A stretch of DNA of 64,000 nt from Antedon mediterranea (lineage: Eukaryota; Animalia; Echinodermata). Below are positions 41,512-52,300 of this stretch, piece after piece (positions within the stretch are counted from its first letter, which is position 1; each line of letters begins with the position of its first letter). Under the pieces are notes generated by a model. That model had not been told where the DNA came from. It worked only from the letters and a program-made list of their open reading frames with translations, and searched no databases. The DNA lies in assembly GCF_964355755.1 (NCBI RefSeq), contig NC_092678.1, positions 7,208,422-7,272,421 of the forward strand. The letters run 5' to 3'. The position numbers and the translations under genes were made by a program.

Positions 41512-42925
41512 GTGTTTAAAAAATACTGCGTAAAAAACATCGAAACGGCCCAGAAAAGACAGAAAATTTATTATGACAGAAGGCATGCACGACCAACTGG
41601 ATTCGAATGCGGAACATATGTATTGATGAAAGATCTGCGAAGGCAAAAAAGGAAGGGAGAAAAACTGGGGGAAAAAATGGTTAGGTCCATACAAAATTAC
41701 TTCAAAACTGGGAAAGGGATCATATTCTCTGATAGGGCTAGATGACGACAGTGGTATCAAACGTGTTAACGGGATACTTCTGAAGCCATATATCTTTTCA
41801 CCAACTTCTTCATCAAAACATGATTGCCCCAACACTCAAAAGTCTGGCAGTACTTGACCATCCGTTTCGCCACTAATCGTCAATGGAAGCAACCTGCGTT
41901 TTAAATTGTCAAATAATCTGCCCGAAAAAGCTGCAAATGAATCAATGGAACACCACAATGCTGAGAAATATAAGGAAGAAGGGCCCTCTCAAAACGTTAG
42001 ACAGGACAAGCATCTTGATCAACAATTAGATGATGTGATATTCTGTGGTTCTTACGAGGCTAGTTCACCAAACCCAGTAGATGCACATTGGCAAGCAGTA
42101 AAATGATTTTTGTTTGGAATCGACGTTAAAAATATCATACAAGACGTGAATACAAATCAAAGAGAAATGAACAAGGCAGCAAAACCCACGAAAACAGCCA
42201 GGATGCGCGGAGACGGGAACTGCATCTTTAAGCTTGGTTCCCACTAGAACGTAACGCAAGGACGTAAACGCAACACAAGCGTTTTAACCAATGACAAGCG
42301 AAGTTATAGACAGTTAGCAATCACAAGCGAATAAGCCATCGCTTGTGATTGGTCAATTCACTTGCGTTGCGTTACGTCTTTGTGTTGCGTCGCTAGTGGG
42401 AACCACGCTTTAGAGCGCTTAGTTACGTTCTTGTTGGTGTCACCATATGATTGTGAGGGACCATATTTTAGAGTTTATGTCCAAAACAAACGTATCTTTG
42501 AAAACATCGACAGCAGATCATTCGAAAAATTCATAAGTGATACAGCTATGTCTAAAGATGGAACATGGGGCTCCGAGTTGGAAATTTGAGCATTTGCAAC
42601 AATGACGAAAACCATTGTCTACAAATATGGCACATGAAAGAATCAACCACATTTTCAATGGCTGAAGTATTGCCCATTAACAAATAGTGATGCTGAAATT
42701 TCGGAAAGAAATGTATATCTTTCAACTGTTTGTGCTCATTTTGAGCCAGTTTTGGACGTTGAAAAACAAGAGGGGGGTTACTTGACACATCGGAACGAAA
42801 TTACATCCGCAGACCATACCATCCAATTTGCAAGTATCTCGCTCGCAAATATTGGGACTACATCACCGAAGAAACCTTAAACGCTGTTTTTTGGACAATT
42901 ACGCAGATGAAGCTACACTGCAAGC
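41512..42925 (+). pseudogene. Disrupted Ginger integrase C-terminus (GPY/F region) + OTU protease
   Basis: Fragments NIETAQKRQKIYYD, WLGPYKI, RMRGDGNCIF/RALSY, TWGSELEI, CAHFEPVLDV and LARKYWDY are collinear with the 53084-55135 ORF; stops, frameshifts and a MITE insertion are present. Confidence 0.88.
42231..42409. mobile_element. Harbinger-like MITE inserted in the OTU catalytic-Cys motif
   Basis: TTA TSD at 42228-42230 and 42410-42412; removing the MITE and one TSD restores TGC ATC TTT AGA GCG (C-I-F-R-A). Confidence 0.9.
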
Positions 42926-44288
42926 TTTATCTATTACTATTATATCGTAAATGATATACAAAATATTAAGTACTTTATGCAGTTACACAAAGTATACTGT
43001 TTATAAAATGTAATTTTGCATTATCATGTGGATGATTATAGGCCAACTGTACTTTTCTATACGAAATAGATGGCGCATAGTAGGTCTAGTATTGGCTAAA
43101 CTTAATCATATTAACGACACAATCTAGCTATTTTTAAATGCGAAATAATTAAAAAAACCTAAAGTTTTAGGAGGGACATTTGTTGATGTATTGTCCCCCG
43201 AAAAATGATAATGTTCCATAATAGTTATTCACTTTGACCAAATATGGATCAAAACAATTTTGTTTTCCTGCAAAAACTGTACCAACAGCCAATGGGTTTT
43301 TGGTTTAATATAACCGTTTGTTTTTTCTTTTATAAATATAAGTGAGAACATTTTTTTCTTTTTCTTTTTTTGGCAGAAAGCCAGGCCAAGTAGTCCTAAG
43401 TGCTCTTTTATATCATGCTCGTCTAAATTCGTGTCAAATTAATTTACTATCGTATCGGCTGAAACCATGAGTAGGCTATTTCTGAAATGTAAATTTTTTA
43501 TATGTATGCAGACAAAGAATAACTGAAATTTAATTCCTCACTTTGAAGAATAAATAGGTGATCATTTTATAATTTTACTGACATTTCATTTTAAAACAGA
43601 TGCAGTACGTTAAAATACGACCGCAAAACGTTGATGTTGAACCCTCTTTTTTAAACCCTTCAGTGCAATTTAAAGTTATATATTAAATATTAATAAAAAC
43701 AAATTCTAAACCGCCCGGTAATATACTGAAAATGTATTAATTTAAAACGATAAAATGAGGAAATACAGTATGTGAGAATATATAATCAGGGAAGAGTTAA
43801 ATTACATAATCAAACCTTAATTAATCAAAATATATGAATACAATGAATGAAAAGTCCTCCTTTACTATGCTAAGAATTTTATAATGGAATAATGGAAGAT
43901 TCCGAACCGAGCGCCGATTTATTCTTGCACATTTTTAATCTCTCCGTTTCGATAATTTCTTTTTGATTTAACGATAAAATTAGTATATTTACTCTAAGCA
44001 TAGTTTACTTCAACCATTTGAACTTTTTCCAGGCTTCTTATGACATTTTTATGGATAACTTAGCGATTTTGAAGGCCGGACCTGTTTTGGCCTGGCCGGA
44101 CCTGTTTTAGCGGCTGTTTCAACGCCAAGATCGATCCGACCGGACCAGTTTTGGCCCCGGACCAAATTTCGCGTTACAGCCCTACCTAGCTAGCTAGGCC
44201 TACTACTCTACTACTGTCTGGCAAATCGCATGGTGAATCAAAAGAGAGAATTATTTATTATAGCCTATAATGCATAATTATTATTTAC

Positions 44289-44430
44289 CTATAGAGTTAT
44301 TAAATCACTTCTCTTCTTTGCGTGTTCTTTACAAATGAGGCAAAAGTCTGTGAAAATTTACCAAATTTCCATGGGAAATTCCCGCGAATGACGTGCCAGT
44401 AATTTAAATTGACGCCCTCTATAAATAAGT
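44289..44430 (-). promoter_or_regulatory. Putative non-coding first exon and promoter of the exonuclease-ATPase gene, with kappaB and CRE-like sites
   Basis: Minus-strand donor AG|GTAAAT at 44289/44288; GGGAAATTCCC at 44373-44383; TGACGT at 44389-44394. The coding exon at 39382 begins with an acceptor, so an upstream exon must exist. Confidence 0.45.
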
Positions 44431-46769
44431 TCCACAGGAAAAACAAAAGAATACGGTAATAGATAAATAATAGTTATTTTATTTTTTAAATTCATGTAAC
44501 CACAAATAATAGATATCAGTGTATTTTTTCACTCTTCCTTGATTTAATAAATAAAAGAGAACAACTATTTATAATTTAATAGCCCGGCTGGGAGATCGAC
44601 TAGAATGTTTAAAATTTACCCCGGATAAACTTTAACACTGTATTGACGGTGTATTTATTACCCATAGAGATATTCTTGTGAGCTCTATGTTATTATTAGG
44701 CCTACTGATCATTCATTCGAATGTGGGCTACACTAAAATAAAACCCGTGACCCCACCGCTGCCGTAATTCACGTTTTGTATCGGAACGCATAAACAATCC
44801 TATTTTTATTCGGTCGGGTTATATCTGATCAGAATCCGGTCTCAGGATAAATTTAAAATCAATTCCCTCCATTTATTGAAAAAGAAAAGCTAAAATTATC
44901 ACAACGATCCCTAAGTTCATTTTTTTATCAAATAAAAATGAATTGTAGGCCCTTTGTTTGTATGTATAAGAATATCACAAGATGTTTTAAATCTCAGAGT
45001 ATAGGCTAAAATATGTCCTAGATAAAGAATTTATATTATAAAATTGTTATTTACAAGGCCTAATATTATATTTAAAAAAAAATAAATATAGGCCTAAGTT
45101 TACAGTTACGAGAAATTAACACCTTAAGTATACATTCAATGATAATTATTTCTCATATAAGCCCAGGCCTACTAGTTTACTACTATAGATGTCAGAGTTA
45201 AATTTACGGAGAAATGTTTCAAAATACTCTCATGTAAAGTACTGAAGAAAGAAAATTGATAAATGTTTTAAATATGCATTGATATTCTGAAGATACAAGA
45301 TAAATTACATATTATTAGGCCTATAACAAATTGAAATTAAAGCGAATGTTTAGCCTAGATGTAAACATGGAGTAAAGTTACTCCATGGATGTAAATCATA
45401 GGAAGCAATTATTATTATATTATTCAAAGTTTAAATAATTGTCAGAAGAAATTATAATTATGCATTATAAATTATAAAAACATCCTGCAAAGTCTACAGC
45501 TAAGCTAGATCCCCACGGTGTTTGGTGGTAGTTGTCGGGGGACGGACGGAGGAGGAGGTGGTGAGGAATTATAGCGCCGGTGTAAGATTTAAATCTGTCC
45601 GGTGTTTGAAAGTGTCCACTGGACAATTTTCAGCATTGAATATTGTAATACTAGCTGTTGAAAATGGCCGCAACCACCCGGGCAGCTTTCATCGATAAAA
45701 AAGTAGGACCATCGAGACATCGACATCATATTAACCCCGTAAAAACTAGGGCACTGGACGTTCACCAACTCCCGTTAGGGTAATTATAATTCCTTAGAAT
45801 ACCAACTTGAATCGCAAAATATCAAGTGGATTGAAATAAATATTACTATTATTATATCTGGAGACATATAGTCTAATCAAATTAAATTGTTTGTTTTTGA
45901 TTGAGTATATACAACCTGTTGTCAATTTGAAGTAAATCGACAACTTGAAAAATATATAGCCTACTGTATTATTATTTCGAGGGAATGAATATCACTAAAT
46001 CATATAGGCATAGGGCCTACCTATTTCGTTATCTCGAAATATTATTTCATTCGAAATTCGAATTACTACTTCGCGAGAGAACGAAATAATTTCCCTCGAA
46101 ATTATTTCGTTCTCTCGATCATCATCATCATCATCATCATTCCTTGTCTCGAAGTAGTAATTCGTTTTTTATATTATTCAGTTCTTGAAATCTTATTTTG
46201 TTCTCCCTAAATATATTCGTTCCCTCAAAATATTTTTCAGTTCTCAAAATATTATTTTGTAATATTCATAATACTGCTACTAATTTAATAATATCAACTG
46301 ATAACAAAAGTTCTTTAAACAAGTAAGTTCGTCATTGTTAAAGTCAGTTCTTTTTCATTATATTTTTTTCACAGATGCCTGATTTTTGTTTTTATTTAAT
46401 AAAACATTGAATTGGTTAGTCACAATATTTGCTTTGTTTCTAGAGACTTTACATTATTTATTTATTTATCTAAAATACATTTGAAAAATATTGTTGATGC
46501 ATATTACCAAAAAATATTTGTTTTTTATATTTTATATGGCAAAATAAACACCTTAATTGCGCATCATAATTATTCGTTCACTCAAGGGTATTTCGGTTTT
46601 TTGTTTTTTTCGAATATTAGGGTATTTCGTTCCCAATACAAACAGTCCAATACCGTTATACATCAAATTCATAGAATAATGGCTTATATTGAAATGAAGC
46701 GTTTAAAACGTCTTTGCCACAATGTCTGTACATGCAGCTGAGTTTAAAAAATCGCGGTTGTATTTTTGT

Positions 46770-47760
46770 TTTATATGGACATATAAACATAGAAACCACC
46801 AGCTAATACCAGAAATACCAACAGCTTATGTATCAATTTTTAAAATCAACACCAGCTAATTTAGAACGGTCAGCAGATAATGTAGTAACGAAAATTGCCT
46901 CACAGCTAATGTTGAAAATATTGTATAATTTAAAAACCTGTCTACATCATGTGAAAATGCATTTCTTTACTTACCGGTAGCTATCCATCTATCCACGTCT
47001 CGTAAGTGACCAACCAACAACCACTTCTAGTAAGTAACCACCTCTATTGAACGACCACCGTCTCTGATAATCGCCCACCATCTCTTAACGACCACACCAC
47101 TCGTCAAGGACGAGCTATTTTAAAGGACCACCACCTCGGCTTCTCATAATCAACCTCATGACGGACTACCTCTCTTAACGACCACGCCTAAAGTGTCGAC
47201 CTCTCTATAAAAAAAAACGTCCACCTCTCCACTGGGACCACTTCTCATAATCGACTACCATCCGTAACGACCACCTTTCGCAAATTACCACCTCTATTGA
47301 GGTGGTCACTTACGGGAGGTGTAGTCGGTAAAAGAAGTGGTCGTCTACGAGCGGTGGTAGTTTATGAAAAGCAGTCCCTTATGAGAGGAGGTTACCCCTT
47401 CAGGAAGTTGTCCATTGTGAGAAGCGGTCCTTTAACAGAGGTAGTCCCTTTTAAATATTAAAGGTGGTCGCTAACAAGGGTAGTTGCTTACGATCAGAGT
47501 GCTACGTTTTGAAAGCCGATCACTTACGAGAGGTGGATAGACTGACAGCTAAACTAAGTAGAGAAATACATTTGCACATGATTTAGACATTTAGGTTTGT
47601 AAAATATATAATTATTATTTTATTAGCTGGCGATATTAACTACATCAGCTGTGAGGCAATTTTCGTTACTTCATTACCTGTTAAGTTGTATATTAGCTAA
47701 TGTTGATTTTTATTTAATAAATAACTGTTGGTGTTTCTACATTAGCTAGTTCTAGGTTTT
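46770..47760. mobile_element. ~1-kb foldback element built from gaccacctctc subrepeats; a second, one-armed copy at ~50740-51460
   Basis: Left arm (cagctaatg...catcatgtg.aaatgcat...ctatccacgtctcgtaagtga) is mirrored at 47520-47750. Confidence 0.7.
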
Positions 47761-48655
47761 ACTACATGGGTGGATTTTGACAGTTTCGACGACATTTGCT
47801 GCCGTTTTCTACACTAGCGGTTTTGAACAGGGACTAGTGTAAAGGAAATGCCACAAGTTGTGTTTTTTTATTTTTTTTTATTTATTGTTTTGTGTACTAA
47901 AGTGGCAGCATAATCAGTATTTATTTTTACCAGATGTCCAGCAAGGGTAATGTCCCATAACTCAGGCCACAATTGTCAGGTCAACCTCAAAACAGCGGCT
48001 CTCGGGAGATATTAATTACCGGTAGTCGTGTTAACTGTCATCTGTTATTTGTCAGGAGAAGGGGTGCGAACTTGCCATATCTCAAATTAAGATTACGCTT
48101 ACCATGAATATGATTTCATTACAAGAATTATATACCACAGTATGTTACGTAATTTAATTCTCTTATTTTAAAAAATAACTAAATAAATTAGTATATGATT
48201 CTAGTATAAGTATTATAAAAAATGTTTCTATTTAATATACAGGGAGCGGGGGTTGCCTCATAGCCTGAACGGTTTTAATACGAACTTATGTACTATAATA
48301 TTATTTTACGTAGATTACTATTTAATATTATTTTATTTATTTAACAACATATTTATACAGGATTATACACAATCAAGTAGAAATATACTTGTTTTGCATT
48401 GTGGTCCTGTCGACAAAAACGGATACAAATTTAAATACAATTTCAATTAATATTATAATATAATTTGAGATGAACGTATAATATGTAATAAAGAATAACT
48501 ATATGATTATATTTTATACTCCTATCTGAATGTGCTATTTATTGTGTAATAGAACGACTGAAGCGTTTACCAATAAGAGTATCTTCGAAATTTAATTTAA
48601 TAAATGGCATTTCCCTCCAATAGTTTTTTTCTCTCATTTTTTGTGTACTTGCCAC

Positions 48656-49085
48656 TGTAATAAATTACCATTCCCTAACCATGAACATTCTAGAATAAGA
48701 TGTTTACATTTAAGACATCATGTATAATTAATATAATAACAATCAGGAACATTCCAGTATGCTATTAATAGAAACTGTAATCAAATAGAATAAGAAGTAT
48801 AAAGAATGATATAGAAGGATAGGAACATCTTGTATATAAAGGGATGTAAAACTATTGTCATGTTGTTGGATATTAGAGGTTGGATATTAGATTGTAAAAG
48901 TTATTGTGAAGCTGTTGTTTAAAATGCTTACTGGGTTGTTGAAAGTTGAAGTTGATTGAAATTAAAGATTTGTTTTTGAGTTATTTTACAACTTTGTGAA
49001 TTTGGTGTGTATACTTTTATGTCACAAGGGAGTTTCTAAAGTATTTTCAACCGCTCGGAAACATACGTAAAAGGAGTTCGTGACA
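48656..49085 (+). mobile_element. Probable solo LTR (430 bp)
   Basis: TGTAA...TGACA ends; flanks gccac/tccac (5-bp TSD, one mismatch); internal TATATAAA (~48833) and ATTAAA (48961). Confidence 0.65.
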
Positions 49086-49310
49086 TCCACTTAAGGCACA
49101 AAGTTTAAATTATAGGCCTACACCTGACAAAACTGTTTGCTCTTTCTTCTAATCGGCAATTGGTTAAAACAAATGTAGCAAGAAGCTGATTGGCTCAATG
49201 TTTGTTCAAAACCTCCTACATTTAAAAAATCATTCACTTTGCTTGCAAAGTTCCAATCACGGTGTTGTTCGTTACAATCTGCCTTCTTTCTATTTTTACT
49301 TATTATCATT

Positions 49311-52300
49311 ATGGCCGATCATGAGTTTGATGCCTTGAGAAACTATCTACAAAACAACGTTTATCCTGTAAATTATTCTGAAATATTAAAACGAAGTTTG
49401 CGACGGAAAGCCAAGAACTTTACAATTCTTCGTGATATCTTGTATTACAAACAACATTCTGGTAGATTGTTGCGTGTATTGTTACCGAAAGAAAAACACG
49501 AAGTGTTAAACAGTATCCATAAGCAGGCACATGGTGGTCACTTGGGTGTCAACAAAACGTAAGTTTAAAGTTTGTCAATTAAATAATATTTAAGCTTCGA
49601 TAAGTTTCTGGGTGACTTTAAAACTGTTTATATGTTTGGCCAGGTGGAATGCCATCCTGAGATGAGTATTAGTAATTAGTACAGCATTGTTTTTAAATGA
49701 TTTTATACGTAATTTTACTTTCTGTGGACCACAGAATTCGAAACAAATGATTAAATGAATGAATTAAATGAATAATAACTAATACTTATCAATTGAAAAA
49801 TGTATAATGACCGTGTACATTATGAAGTTAGTATTTTATATATAGATTCAAACATATTTTTATACCTCCATGAATGAAAAATATGTTAAGTCGATAATAA
49901 TTTCTACTCAATATATTATCGCAATTAATTGTATAAATATATTGAAGTTGAACATAAAATATCACATGTAAAAAATACAAAACATATATTGGCATTCAAT
50001 AATTAATCAAAAATGTTCCGAATATGAGCACTGTTTCAATAATTTGACAGATTATTATTATATAATTTACACAGTGCTACACAACGCATATATCTTTAGT
50101 TCAAAATTAAGATATCTCTTTTAATAAAGATAGATTATTTCAATTGAAAACTAAGATGTCTTACTTTTTAAAAGAAATATCTATGTTAATAGATATTTTT
50201 TTGTAGGCTTATTACACCTCGAAAAACCAAGAAGAATACAGTACAACTAGCTCTATCTATAATAGTAATGTTTTAGTTTTATAACAGTTCATATACGGTA
50301 CTCTACACGTGCCCACTGCATAACTAACACAGAAAAAAATCCACTTGTGATATTCCGAATGGGACAAGAATCTTCCATTCTAAATATCTTGGTAAGTAAG
50401 TAATATAGAGATATCCCTCATGAGAGATATCTTAGTTTTAAATAGTGATACAAATACTTCCCGAATGAAAACTTATTCAGGTCTTGGTATAATAAATATG
50501 TTCAATATTAGTTGCTCATTCATAATGCAAAAAGCCATATCAGTATTAACTTTCGTTCGTTTAAAATGTATACTTATGAAAGAAAACACAATTTGACAAA
50601 AAAAAAGGTAAGGAAGAAGACTTTTATTATGTAACTTTAAAGTGGATTATTACATTTTTTTTTAGGGAATACTTCTTTAAAAAAAACGCATTTTCAATAA
50701 CAAAACTAGTTTCCAATCCCCCGGTAATGGAGTAAAACCACCTGCAGCTTATGTAATGAAAAAAATTAACACCATGTAGAACGATCAACAACGAATGTAG
50801 GAACGAAAATTGCATCCCAGCTAATGTAGGACTATCGCCAGCTAATGTAGAAAATATATATTTTACAAACCTAAATGTCTAAATCATGTGCAAATGCATC
50901 TGTTTACTTAGCTATCCATCTATCCACGTCTCGTAACCGACCAACTTTCTAAAACGACCACACATCGTAAGCAACCAACTCTTTTAAGGGACCGTTTCTC
51001 ATAATCGACTTCCTCTCTCGTAACGACAACTTTTTTGGGTGACCACCTCTATTAAACGGCCATCGTCTCTGTTAAGGGATCGCTTCCCATAATCGACCAA
51101 CTATTGTAAGTGATCACATCCTCTCATTATGGACCGCTTCTCATAATCGACCACCTCTCGTAGTAAGCGACCACCTCTCTTAACAACCACAACTCTCGTA
51201 AGCGACCGCTTTTTATTTTCGACCGCCTCTCGTAAGTGATGATCTCTTTTAGAAGACCACCATATCTCTAAATGGACCGCTTCTCATAATATACCAACTC
51301 TTGTATAAATCACCTCTCTTAAGTGACCACTTCTAATAAACGACCTCTCTGTTAGGAGACCGCTTCTCATAATCGATCACATATCGTAAGCGACCACCTC
51401 CCTTATCGACCACATCTTTCGTAAGTGACCACCTATTTTAAAGGACCACTACCTCTCGCAATCTACCATTGTGGCTCACTAAAAAGTACCCGGTTTCCTT
51501 AATAGGGTGTCCTCTACATTTTAAAAATAAATAAATTTAACCAGTATGTAGTGTTAAAACGTATATATTTCCCCTTGTTTATTTTTTAAAAAAAAGTGGC
51601 GATTTTTATATCTACTCTGTCGCACATTCACCAAGCGTACACAATAATTCTAGTAGGACAATTAATTATTTATACTTTTCAAGTTAGTTTTTTATTGCCT
51701 GAGTGAATTATTACCAGATTGAGGGCGTAGTTATTTTGTATGGGAGGCTGCACTCAATTTGAAGTTTATATGGGGGTATTTAGAATGTAAACACGGTACA
51801 ATCAGGGAGATGTAAATCTCCCTGGTACAATGTGACACGGAATCATCACGGACTGATGGACATTTTTCATAGAAGGTATCTTTTCCCTTTTCAATATTCA
51901 TTTATCATTGTCAAATAAAAAAACTAGAAACATAGATAAATATTAAAAGTGAATTAATCAGTTGTGCCCAGTGCTTGCCTTAAACGAAAAGTTAAAATAT
52001 ATGGAACGCCAAACTGTAATGTTATTATAATGCATTGATGAGAATGGTGATGTGAACTGCGGTAATAAATAATAAATAATATTAAAAAACAAAATAAAAT
52101 TAAAATATTTAAAGAATCCATAATACAGTTTTAAGGTCAATAGTAAACCTACAAAGAGATTGAATATCATCAATACAATAAACACATTTTTTTTTTTTTT
52201 TAACAGTTGGAAAAAGATACGCGAAAGGTATTATTGGAAGGGGTCATTTGATGGTGTTCGTAATTTTATAGCCGCCTGTGATCAGTGCCAACGGAAAGAA

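Larger units (their letters stand above)
39676..44178 (+). mobile_element. Decayed Ginger-type DNA transposon
   Basis: TGT...ACA ends flanked by ggcc/gccc; ends built from gccaaaa.tggtccgg subrepeats; ~230-bp inverted repeat 40150-40375 vs 43946-44178; contains an integrase-OTU remnant. Confidence 0.8.
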
